NCBI GenBank assembly: GCA_017445365.1
Contig: JAFSUH010000175.1
Span: 1-53,839, forward strand
DNA from: Kiritimatiellia bacterium
GTDB lineage: Bacteria > Verrucomicrobiota > Kiritimatiellia > CAIQIC01 > Lenti-01
Length of the DNA stretch: 53,839 bases
Reading direction: 5' to 3'
Every line of letters starts with the position of its first letter. Positions within the stretch are counted from its first letter, which is position 1. The notes beneath the pieces are model-generated. The model made no database searches. It was not told the origin of the DNA and was given only the letters and a program-made list of their open reading frames with translations. Both the position numbers and the translations under genes were made by a program. This document shows positions 8,020 to 15,214 of the stretch, piece after piece.

Positions 8020-9231
8020 ATGCCGGGCATGGAAATCCAACGCATCTACGACAAGATTGTCGCCTCGCACCTTGCCAAATACCGGCAGATGGCCTTTCTC
8101 TCCGGTCCGCGGCAGGTGGGAAAAACGACCGTGGCGAAACACTTCGCACCGCATTACTTCGACTGGGACAACGTGAATGCGCGCACCCGGATTCTCAAGG
8201 GCCCCGATGCCGTTGCGGAGGCGGCGCATCTGGACACCCTCCGGGAAGGGAAGACCGTCGTGGCTTTCGACGAAATCCACAAATACCCCCGGTGGAAGGA
8301 TTTCCTGAAAGGATTTTTCGACACCTACGAGGCGGATGCGCAAGTCGTCGCGACGGGGTCGGCGCGGATGGACGTTTTCGGCAAGGGCGGCGACAGCCTC
8401 ATGGGGCGCTATTTCCCGTACCGCGTGCACCCGCTCTCCGTGGCGGAACTGCTGGGCGGCGGCTTCCCCGGCGACAAGAGCCTCCTGCGGGAACCCGCGC
8501 CGCTTGACGAAACGGAATGGCGCGCGCTTCTCGTGCACGGGGGGTTCCCGGAGCCGTTCGTGCGCCGGGAAGCGGCGTTCACCCGGCGGTGGCGGGCGTT
8601 GCGGTCGGCGCAGTTGCTCAAGCGGGACGTCCGGGACCTGTCGAACATCCAGGAACTGGCGCAACTGGAAGTGCTCGCGCGGATTCTCGCGAAGCGGTCT
8701 TCGGATCAGGTGGCGTTTTCGTCGCTTGCTTCCGAAGTGCGGGTCGGGGAAAACACCGTGCGCGGCTGGATCGAGGTCCTCAAGTCCCTCTACTTCGGCT
8801 TCACCGTGCAACCCTATTTCGCGAACATCGAAAACGCCTTGCGCAAAACGCCGAAGTGGTACCTCCGGGACTGGTCGGGCATCGCGGACGAAGGCAAGCG
8901 GGCGGAAACGTTCGTCGCCTGCCATCTCCTGAAGGCCGTGGAAGGGTGGACGGACTTGGGGCTTGGCGAATTCGCCCTGTTCTATTTGCGGGACAAGAAG
9001 AAGCGGGAGGTCGATTTCCTCGTCACGCGGGATTCCTCGCCGTGGTTCCTGGTCGAAGTGAAGAAAGGCGATGCGCCCCTTTCGCCGGCCTTGGCGCATT
9101 TCCAGGAAGCCACGGGGGCCGGACACGCCTTCCAGGTGGTTCTCGACGCGCCATACGTGCAGGCCGATCCCTTCCAACGGACGAAGCCGACAATCGTCCC
9201 GGCGCGGACGTTCCTTTCGCTCCTCCTGTAA
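8020..9231 (+). CDS. AAA ATPase, AAA_14 + DUF4143 type (paralog 2)
   Basis: Walker A GPRQVGKTT, Walker B VAFDEIH, ATGSARMD...GDSLMGR. C-terminal REVDFLV...FLVEVKKGD is a PD-(D/E)xK-like pattern. The start could be 8029. Confidence 0.85.
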   Translation: MPGMEIQRIYDKIVASHLAKYRQMAFLSGPRQVGKTTVAKHFAPHYFDWDNVNARTRILKGPDAVAEAAHLDTLREGKTVVAFDEIHKYPRWKDFLKGFFDTYEADAQVVATGSARMDVFGKGGDSLMGRYFPYRVHPLSVAELLGGGFPGDKSLLREPAPLDETEWRALLVHGGFPEPFVRREAAFTRRWRALRSAQLLKRDVRDLSNIQELAQLEVLARILAKRSSDQVAFSSLASEVRVGENTVRGWIEVLKSLYFGFTVQPYFANIENALRKTPKWYLRDWSGIADEGKRAETFVACHLLKAVEGWTDLGLGEFALFYLRDKKKREVDFLVTRDSSPWFLVEVKKGDAPLSPALAHFQEATGAGHAFQVVLDAPYVQADPFQRTKPTIVPARTFLSLLL

Positions 9232-9271
9232 TCCGCCTCTCCGGTCCTGCGCCCCCCGCATCCGGCCGCAC

Positions 9272-9433
9272 TTTTGCCGATGCTTGCCAAAGGGACGTCC
9301 GGCCCGTTGCTTGCACTTCCTCCGTTTCGCGTGGAAGTGCATCCGGCTTCACGCGCAATTTGCCAAACATTGGCAAATTCGAAAGGTGGGGCGAGGCGTC
9401 CCCGCCGAGCCGTTTGCCAAACCTTTCCCAAAC
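9272..9433. repeat. array A3: one intact and two degenerate TTTGCCAA-N3-TTGGCAAA units
   Basis: Intact unit atttgccaaacattggcaaatt at 9358-9379. Degenerate units at 9272 and 9412. Confidence 0.7.
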
Positions 9434-9436
9434 GGC

Positions 9437-9500
9437 TTGAAGGCGGAAGCGGGGACTCGCGCAGCGGCGTCTGCCGCAAGGCAACGTGGCGAACGCCACG
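9437..9500 (-). repeat. REP-2 hairpin element (inverted orientation)
   Basis: gaaggcggaagcggggactcgcgcagcggcgtctgccgcaaggcaacgtggcgaacgccacgg. Confidence 0.7.
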
Positions 9501-9593
9501 GTTGACCGCGTTCCCCGCGGGCGCTAGAGTTCGCGTTCCCTTGCGGCCGGGTTCCCGCCCTGCCCCCCACCCCACCCCCCACGAAAGGTTTCC

Positions 9594-10265
9594 ATGAGTC
9601 CGTTCGACACCGCCTCCAAGGGCGCTCTCCTCTTCGATCTCGACAATCTCGTCGTTTCCGCCCGCCGTCTCTACTACGCCGCGCTCAAGGAAATCGTCTC
9701 CGCCCAGGGCAAGGAACTCTCCCCCGTCCTTTTCTCCCGTTTCTTTGTCACCGGCAACGGCGCCGACATCCCCGCGCTGTACGCCGCCCTCGGTCTCGCC
9801 CCCGATGCCGCCGACGGCATCGACGGGCAGATTTCCGAAACCGTCATCCCCCGCCTCGCCGCCTCCACCGCGAAGCCCGACCAGGCCCTCTCCGACTGGA
9901 TTGCCGCCGCCCAGGCCCGCGGCGCGACCGTCGTCGCCCTCACCCGCCTTTCCGCCGACGCCGCCGAGTCCCTGCTCGCGCGCATCGGCCTGAACCCCGA
10001 AGCCGTCCGCCCCTTCACCATGGACGAGCCCGGCGACCCGGCGGCCTGGGGCAAGGCCTGCGCGTCGTTCGCAAAGCTCCCGCGCCGTTGCGTGGCGGTG
10101 GTCACCTCCTCCGACGCGGCGAAAGCCGCGCTGGCGGCGCATCTGGGCGTGGTCGCGGTCCCCGACGAGTACACGGATTTCCAGGACTTCGGCGGCGCGG
10201 ACGCGGTGGTCGGGTCCCTCAAGGAACTCGACGCGAAAGAATACTTCGATGCCATCCGCCTCTAG
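9594..10265 (+). CDS. HAD-superfamily hydrolase-like protein
   Basis: N-terminal LLFDLDNL (DxD-type motif I), about 220 aa, phosphatase-like layout. Weak call. Confidence 0.5.
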   Translation: MSPFDTASKGALLFDLDNLVVSARRLYYAALKEIVSAQGKELSPVLFSRFFVTGNGADIPALYAALGLAPDAADGIDGQISETVIPRLAASTAKPDQALSDWIAAAQARGATVVALTRLSADAAESLLARIGLNPEAVRPFTMDEPGDPAAWGKACASFAKLPRRCVAVVTSSDAAKAALAAHLGVVAVPDEYTDFQDFGGADAVVGSLKELDAKEYFDAIRL

Positions 10266-11139
10266 GGCGAAGCCCGCGGCGCGCGCCGGGAAAAAGGCCG
10301 CCGGACCGGCCTCCCCGCGCGGCGCCCTGCGCGCGAAGGGTGCTGTTCCCGGCGGCGCCGCCGCCGCGAAGGAACTGCGCGCGCTCCTTGGTGTCATGGA
10401 TTGCCTGCGCGACCCGGAGCGCGGTTGCCCGTGGGACAGGGAGCAGACGCACGAATCCATCCGCGGAAGCCTCCTCGAAGAGGCGTACGAGGCCATCGAC
10501 GCGATCGACGAAAAGGACCCCGCCCACCTCAAGGAGGAATTGGGCGACGTGTTGTTGCAAACCGTCTTCCACGCCCAGCTCGCGCAGGAAGCGGGCGCCT
10601 TCGATTTCGCGGAAGTGCTGCACGCCCTCCGCGACAAGCTCCTCCGCCGCCACCCGCACGTGTTCGGTGAAGTCAAGGTCCGCGGGACGGACGACGTCCT
10701 GCGCAACTGGGAAACCATCAAGGCGGGCGAAAAGGGCGGCAAAGAAGTCCGCCGCATCCTCTCGGGCGTCCCGAAAAGCGCGCCGCCGCTGGCCCGCGCA
10801 CGGATGCTCCAGAAGCGCGCCGCGCGCGTCGGCTTCGACTGGCCGGACGCCGCCGGCGCCGTCGAAAAGATAGCCGAGGAAGCCGGCGAAGTCGCTTCGG
10901 CCTTGAAGAGCGGCCAAACCGCCGCCGTCGAGGAAGAGCTGGGGGACCTCCTCTTCAGCGTCGTCAACGTATGCCGCAAGGCCCACGTCGATCCTTCCCT
11001 CGCCCTGACCAAGGCCAACAAGAAATTCGAAAAGCGCTTCGGCAAGGTCGAAGACGCCCTCCGCGCTGCCGGCAAGACCTGGAAGGACGCCTCGCTCGAA
11101 GAAATGGACCGCGCCTGGAACGCGGCGAAGGGTCGTTAG
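10249..11139 (+). CDS. mazG: nucleoside triphosphate pyrophosphohydrolase MazG
   Basis: Two MazG repeats: CPWDREQTHESIRGSLLEEAYEAIDAI...EELGDVLLQ and VGFDWPD...EEAGEV...EELGDLLFSVVN. Confidence 0.88.
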   Translation: MPSASRAKPAARAGKKAAGPASPRGALRAKGAVPGGAAAAKELRALLGVMDCLRDPERGCPWDREQTHESIRGSLLEEAYEAIDAIDEKDPAHLKEELGDVLLQTVFHAQLAQEAGAFDFAEVLHALRDKLLRRHPHVFGEVKVRGTDDVLRNWETIKAGEKGGKEVRRILSGVPKSAPPLARARMLQKRAARVGFDWPDAAGAVEKIAEEAGEVASALKSGQTAAVEEELGDLLFSVVNVCRKAHVDPSLALTKANKKFEKRFGKVEDALRAAGKTWKDASLEEMDRAWNAAKGR

Positions 11140-11149
11140 GGGTCGCGGA

Positions 11150-11282
11150 CCCGTTGTTTTGCGGCGCTTCCACGGCGCAAGTCGCCGTGTAGCGCCCGCC
11201 TTCGCCTCCAAACGGGAAGCGTCCTTGGGGGTGCGGGGGAAAATCCCCGTCGGTTGTCGAATCCCGTTCGCTTTTGGCGGGA
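11150..11282 (+). repeat. R3 direct repeat, copy 1 (133 bp; REP-2 hairpin plus G5/C5 hairpin)
   Basis: About 95% identical to 11933-12066. Starts just after the mazG stop. Confidence 0.9.
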
Positions 11283-11315
11283 TGTTTGATGTTTTTCCGC
11301 ATTTCTTGATTTGTC

Positions 11316-11364
11316 TTGCAAGTGTATTGAGATTGCAACATATTGTTTCCTGAAAGCATTGCAA
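11316..11364 (+). promoter_or_regulatory. putative TA promoter/operator: three self-complementary TTGCAA hexamers
   Basis: TTGCAA at 11316, 11333 and 11359. TTGCAA-17 nt-CATATT (11339-11344) could serve as -35/-10. AAGGA RBS before the ATG at 11377. Confidence 0.3.
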
Positions 11365-11376
11365 AAGGAATGCGAC

Positions 11377-11634
11377 ATGAGCTCAACCACCCTCCAAATC
11401 CGGCTTGATGCCGACCTCCGGCACGAGGCCGATGAATTGTTTTCCGCAGCGGGTCTCGACCTGTCTTCGGCGGTACGCCTGTTCCTGCGGCAATCGGTCA
11501 TCCGCCGGCGTTTGCCTTTCGAGGTCATCGGGGCGGACCCGTTCCACTCCGAAGCCAACCAGCGCGCCCTCGCCGACTCCATCCGCTCCATCGAGCGCGG
11601 CGAAGCCCAAGCCCACGCCCTTGTCTCCCCCTGA
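11377..11634 (+). CDS. RelB/DinJ-family antitoxin (TA module 1)
   Basis: TTLQIRLDADLRHEADELFSAAGLDLSSAVRLFLRQSV is the RHH DinJ signature. Immediately upstream of a YoeB-like toxin. Confidence 0.8.
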   Translation: MSSTTLQIRLDADLRHEADELFSAAGLDLSSAVRLFLRQSVIRRRLPFEVIGADPFHSEANQRALADSIRSIERGEAQAHALVSP

Positions 11635-11638
11635 CGTC

Positions 11639-11905
11639 ATGGATGTCCTTTTTTCGCCCCGCGCCTGGGAGGAATACACCCAATGGCAGCAGGAGGACAA
11701 AAAGACGCTCAAACGCATAAACCTTCTCGTCAAGGACATCGAGCGAAACGGCCACGCCGGCTTGGGCAAACCCGAACCCCTGCGCGGGTGGGACGGCTAC
11801 TGGAGCCGCCGCATCGACGACGCCAACCGTCTCGTCTACAAACTGGAAGCCACAGGCCCGACCCGCCGTCTCCTCATCGCCCAGTGCAAAACTCACTACG
11901 AATGA
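11639..11905 (+). CDS. yoeB: Txe/YoeB-family mRNA interferase toxin (TA module 1)
   Basis: FSPRAWEEYTQWQQEDKKTLKRINLLVKDIERNGHAGLGKPEPLRG...WSRRIDDANRLVY...CKTHY matches YoeB hallmarks. Confidence 0.85.
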   Translation: MDVLFSPRAWEEYTQWQQEDKKTLKRINLLVKDIERNGHAGLGKPEPLRGWDGYWSRRIDDANRLVYKLEATGPTRRLLIAQCKTHYE

Positions 11906-11932
11906 CCGCCCCGACGAAGGGGGGCCGTTAGG

Positions 11933-12066
11933 CCCGTTGTTTTGCGGCGCTTCCACGGCGCAAGGCGCCGTGTAGCGCCCGCCTTCGCCTCCAAACGGGA
12001 CGCGTCCTTGGGGGTGCGGGGGAAAATCCCTCGCCGGTTGTCGAATCCCGCTCGCTTTTGGCGGGA
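11933..12066 (+). repeat. R3 direct repeat, copy 2
   Basis: See copy 1. Preceded by aaggggggccgttagg, which resembles the mazG 3-prime end aagggtcgttagg. Confidence 0.9.
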
Positions 12067-12183
12067 GGCATTCCCGCCCGCGCCAGCGGCGCCGTTCCTT
12101 CCCGCTTGCCTCCTCGCCCATCCGGCAAAACTTTCCGCGCGTTTTCCGGCGATTGGAAAACGGTTGGAGGAGCGAAAGGTACT

Positions 12184-12552
12184 TTATGGGGGCTGGCTCC
12201 TCGATTTCTCGTCGCTATCCGGGTTGTCCCCGCCCATTCGTGAAAAACCCCCACCTTCGGAGAATGCCTGTTCCAAATTGGCAACAAGTGTCTCCAATCC
12301 ACTCCGTGACTGGACATCCACCTTCCATTCGTTATCAAAATACACAACCACCTTTGACAATTCATCAAGTCGACCCTGTTTGGCAAGGGTGGACAACAAC
12401 GTGGAATAATGCTCGAAACTTCTTATGTAAGTTCCCAGACAGAGCAATCGTTCAAATGCCCGCCCATAATGACATGCTCCCATCATGGACAAAATCCACA
12501 AAAGCAAAATCAATGAAATGGATGGAACAAGATTGCGTTTTGAGGATTTCAT
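12184..12552 (-). CDS. hypothetical small protein with N-terminal TM/signal anchor (lower-GC patch)
   Basis: In-frame ATG of ORF 12184..13008. MKSSKRNLVPSISLILLLWILSMMGAC... then a soluble domain. AAAGG upstream. Local GC is visibly lower. Confidence 0.45.
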   Translation of the reverse strand: MKSSKRNLVPSISLILLLWILSMMGACHYGRAFERLLCLGTYIRSFEHYSTLLSTLAKQGRLDELSKVVVYFDNEWKVDVQSRSGLETLVANLEQAFSEGGGFSRMGGDNPDSDEKSRSQPP

Positions 12553-12776
12553 GGAATGCCTTTTGGTTTCGGGTGTCCGTGTTGCAAGGGAACGCCTGGC
12601 AGAAGGAGCGGCGCGGGGCAAAGGAGGAATGTCGATGGCGAATTTCCGTCGCGAAAACATTGCCATCCGTCGTCTCCCGCGCTGGCGGCGCCGTTCCCTC
12701 TTGCCCCCTCCCCCATCCCTTGCTTTGCCGGCAAAATGCCGACTCCCAATGATTCTTGGCGGGCGGCGGGGGTCTT

Positions 12777-13100
12777 TCAGCAACTGGCGGTGACGGAGCC
12801 CCAGAGGAGGAAGAGGGCGGCGAGCCACCAGAGCGCCACGGCGGCGGCGGCCAGCAAGGCCGGGCGGAGACCGGGACGCCAGAACTGACGGGCGAACAGG
12901 TACAGCAAGCCTGCCGCCAAGGCCAGCCAGAGCCAGGGATTGATTCCCAAGTAGCCAAGGAGGCGCCGCGGCCACACCGCGCATTCGAGGAATGCGCGCC
13001 AATCCCACTCGCCCAGCATCGATTTCAGTTCAAGCGAGAAGATCGTGGTGCCGAACAGGCACACCACGGCATCCAGCAGCAGTGTCTTTTTCCAGTTCAT
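12777..13100 (-). CDS. hypothetical small multi-TM membrane protein
   Basis: In-frame ATG (MNWKKTLLLDAVVCLFGTTIF...) with GGAG 8 nt upstream. Three or four hydrophobic helices. Confidence 0.45.
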   Translation of the reverse strand: MNWKKTLLLDAVVCLFGTTIFSLELKSMLGEWDWRAFLECAVWPRRLLGYLGINPWLWLALAAGLLYLFARQFWRPGLRPALLAAAAVALWWLAALFLLWGSVTASC

Positions 13101-13183
13101 GGGGGGACTCCGGGGCGGACGGGAAGGCGGCACGGAAGGCGCCCGGGAAGATGTGGATGGGGAAAGGAAATGTGTGCCGTTGT

Positions 13184-13672
13184 TCATGGTGTGTCCCTTT
13201 TTCTTCCCTTTTCTTCCAGCTCTTCTTTGCAGGCACGAAGCCCCTTTCCGATTTCTTTTTCAAACCCGGACAACAGTCGGGTGGCCTTGAGAAAGATGGC
13301 CTCGGCTTCCCGTGCATTGTCTTCCACGTTCAAAACGTAATATCCCAATTCAATCCATGCATCCAGACATTGGCCGTCCAGATCCAATGCGTGTTGGAAC
13401 GATTTTTTGGCCTCATCCAACGGCAACTCCGTGCTGTCGGCCATCTGAAGGCACATACCCCGCAAAACCCACAATCTTGGCGACAACATGCCATGTCCCG
13501 ACTCTTCGATTCGGCGCAAGGCCTCGTCGAACCGTCGTGCGTGCATCAGGGATTCTATCGTGTCCGGAAATTTGGAATCAGGCCCCTTTCCCGGCTTCCT
13601 CCGTGCTGCGTCCAAATCTTCTCCGCGCTCTTTGCGTCCCTGCGTGGGATTTCTTTGTTTTGCGGTGTTCAT
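13184..13672 (-). CDS. hypothetical protein with TPR-like helical repeats
   Basis: 162-aa ORF. Basic N-terminus, then FDEALRRIEES...AKKSFQHALDLDGQCLDAWIELGYYVLNVEDNAREAEAIFLKA. Confidence 0.5.
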   Translation of the reverse strand: MNTAKQRNPTQGRKERGEDLDAARRKPGKGPDSKFPDTIESLMHARRFDEALRRIEESGHGMLSPRLWVLRGMCLQMADSTELPLDEAKKSFQHALDLDGQCLDAWIELGYYVLNVEDNAREAEAIFLKATRLLSGFEKEIGKGLRACKEELEEKGRKRDTP

Positions 13673-13674
13673 GC

Positions 13675-13863
13675 GGAAGCCTTTGGTTCGCGGGGTTCGG
13701 GTTGCAAGGACGTCTAGCAGAAGGAGCGGCGCGGGGCAAAAGGAAACGCGCGGCGCGCCTTTGGCGCGGTTGAAAAGTTGAAAGGTTGAAAAGTTGAAGA
13801 ATGGCCTTCAACAGATTTCCTCAAGCTTTCACCCTTTCAACTCTTCACCCTTCAACCCTTCAG
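13675..13863 (+). repeat. R4 direct repeat, copy 1 (189 bp) including GTTGAARR octamer tandem repeats and their inverted partners
   Basis: ggaagcctttggtt.gcggggttcgggttgcaaggacgtctagcagaaggagcggcgcggggcaaaaggaaacgcgcggcgcgcc...cttcaac... Near-identical to 16434-16608. Partial relatives at about 12565-12630 and 14540-14600. Confidence 0.9.
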
Positions 13864-13939
13864 AGCGGTGCGCCCGCGGAGCGGGCGGTATGTGGATGGA
13901 AAGGGATGGATAAGGTGAAAACAATAACGTATTGTTTGC

Positions 13940-13968
13940 TTGACAATGAAATGCAAATGTTTTCTATT
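13940..13968 (+). promoter_or_regulatory. putative promoter of TA module 2
   Basis: TTGACA (13940-13945), 17-nt spacer, tctatt. Palindrome aacaat-N5-attgtt just upstream (about 13921-13937). Confidence 0.3.
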
Positions 13969-13999
13969 CGGCAAGGGTTGACAGACGAAAGGTTTTCCA

Positions 14000-14269
14000 A
14001 TGGCACAGGTCAGTTTCAGGATGGATGATGATTTGAAGATGGTTGCGGATGATACGTTCCGCTCGATGGGCATGACGATGTCGACGGCCATCAACATTTT
14101 CGTGGCGCAGACGGTGCGGCTCGGGCAATTCCCATTTGCCATCAAGGCCGATCCGTTCTATTCGGAAGCCAACATGGCCGAGTTGCGCCGCCGTGCCGCG
14201 GACGTGGAGGCGGGGCGGCATCTCGTCGAACACGAGTTGGCGGAGGCGGGGGAAGCCACCCATGCGTAA
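14000..14269 (+). CDS. RelB/DinJ-family antitoxin (TA module 2)
   Basis: MAQVSFRMDDDLKMVADDTFRSMGMTMSTAINIFVAQTV plus the same DPF(Y/H)SEAN C-terminal segment as module 1. Confidence 0.8.
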   Translation: MAQVSFRMDDDLKMVADDTFRSMGMTMSTAINIFVAQTVRLGQFPFAIKADPFYSEANMAELRRRAADVEAGRHLVEHELAEAGEATHA

Positions 14270-14519
14270 GGTCTGGCACGAGGAGGCCTGGGAGGAATAT
14301 CTCGCCTGGCAGGGCACGGACAGGAAGACGCTCAAGCGCATCAACCAACTCCTCCAGAGCATCGACCGCAACGGCTATGCTTGTCTCGGCAAGCCGGAAC
14401 CGTTGAAGCACGACTTGGCCGGCTGGTGGAGCGTCCGCATCAACGACGCCGACCGCTTGGTATTCCGCATCGCGGGCGACCGCCTCGAAATCCTTTCCTG
14501 CAAAGGCCACTACTCTTGA
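14262..14519 (+). CDS. yoeB: Txe/YoeB-family toxin (TA module 2)
   Basis: In-frame ATG of ORF 14136..14519 overlapping the antitoxin end by 8 nt. WHEEAWEEYLAWQGTDRKTLKRINQLLQSIDRNGYACLGKPEPLKHDLAGWWSVRIN..DRLVF...CKGHY. Confidence 0.85.
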   Translation: MRKVWHEEAWEEYLAWQGTDRKTLKRINQLLQSIDRNGYACLGKPEPLKHDLAGWWSVRINDADRLVFRIAGDRLEILSCKGHYS

Positions 14520-14684
14520 GCTATGCGCCTGGGGCGCGAGCGAAAAGGGAACAGGGAAAAGTGAAAAGTTTGCGGTGCGCCCGCGGAGCGGGCGGGGGTG
14601 GACGGGATTTTCGATGATTGAAAAAAAATTCCGCGCGTTTTCCGGCGATTTGAGGGACGGTTGGAGAAGCGAAACGCATCTGCA

Positions 14685-15131
14685 TCACGGACGCTTGGAA
14701 TAAAACACGAATCCGTTGCCGCGCTTCACTTCCGCATAACCCAGCTTCGGGTACAAGGAATTCGTCCTGATGTTCCAGCAGGGAGTATCAAGCGTGAACT
14801 CTTTTGCCCCGGGGAACATCTTCTCGATTTCCCGCATCATGAAGATGCCGTATCCTTTCCGGAAATGCTCCGGAGCGACAAAGATCCTTCCGACATTCAA
14901 CTCGTCTCCGTTCGGAAAAAGGAGTGCTCCGCCGACAATGAGACCATCTTCCGCAAGCTTGTACAGATGACCCTGTTCCGCCATCTCGGCATGGAACTGC
15001 ACGGACATGTATCCGGGCGGTCCGCAGGGAGCCGGTGCCCCGACCGAAACATCGCTGTCGAATGCCCGCTTCGAGATCCCGTTTATGGTCGGGGCATCGG
15101 ATGTGCTTGCTTTCAAAAGTTGAAGACTCAT
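14685..15131 (-). CDS. GNAT-family N-acetyltransferase
   Basis: 148 aa. IFVAPEHFRKGYGIFMMREIEKMF fits the acetyl-CoA binding motif A region. Confidence 0.8.
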   Translation of the reverse strand: MSLQLLKASTSDAPTINGISKRAFDSDVSVGAPAPCGPPGYMSVQFHAEMAEQGHLYKLAEDGLIVGGALLFPNGDELNVGRIFVAPEHFRKGYGIFMMREIEKMFPGAKEFTLDTPCWNIRTNSLYPKLGYAEVKRGNGFVFYSKRP

Positions 15132-15214
15132 TCTTTTCTCCTGGATGAACCTGATTGCTTGAACAATGCATGAGGCTGGTTCACGGATGCCGCCGCCCGG
15201 GGCGCTGGGCGGGC

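Noticed and set aside
11226-11282. tRNA-like fragment (ggttgtcgaatcccg) inside the R3 repeats as a tRNA gene or att site
   Set aside because: Only a T-loop-like 11-mer is present. There is no acceptor stem, anticodon arm or CCA context. The segment belongs to the recurrent G5/C5 hairpin repeat family.
14685-15131. GNAT acetyltransferase as a TacT/AtaT-type toxin
   Set aside because: There is no upstream RHH/DUF1778 antitoxin ORF. The neighbouring TA pair is a complete RelB-YoeB module on the other strand.
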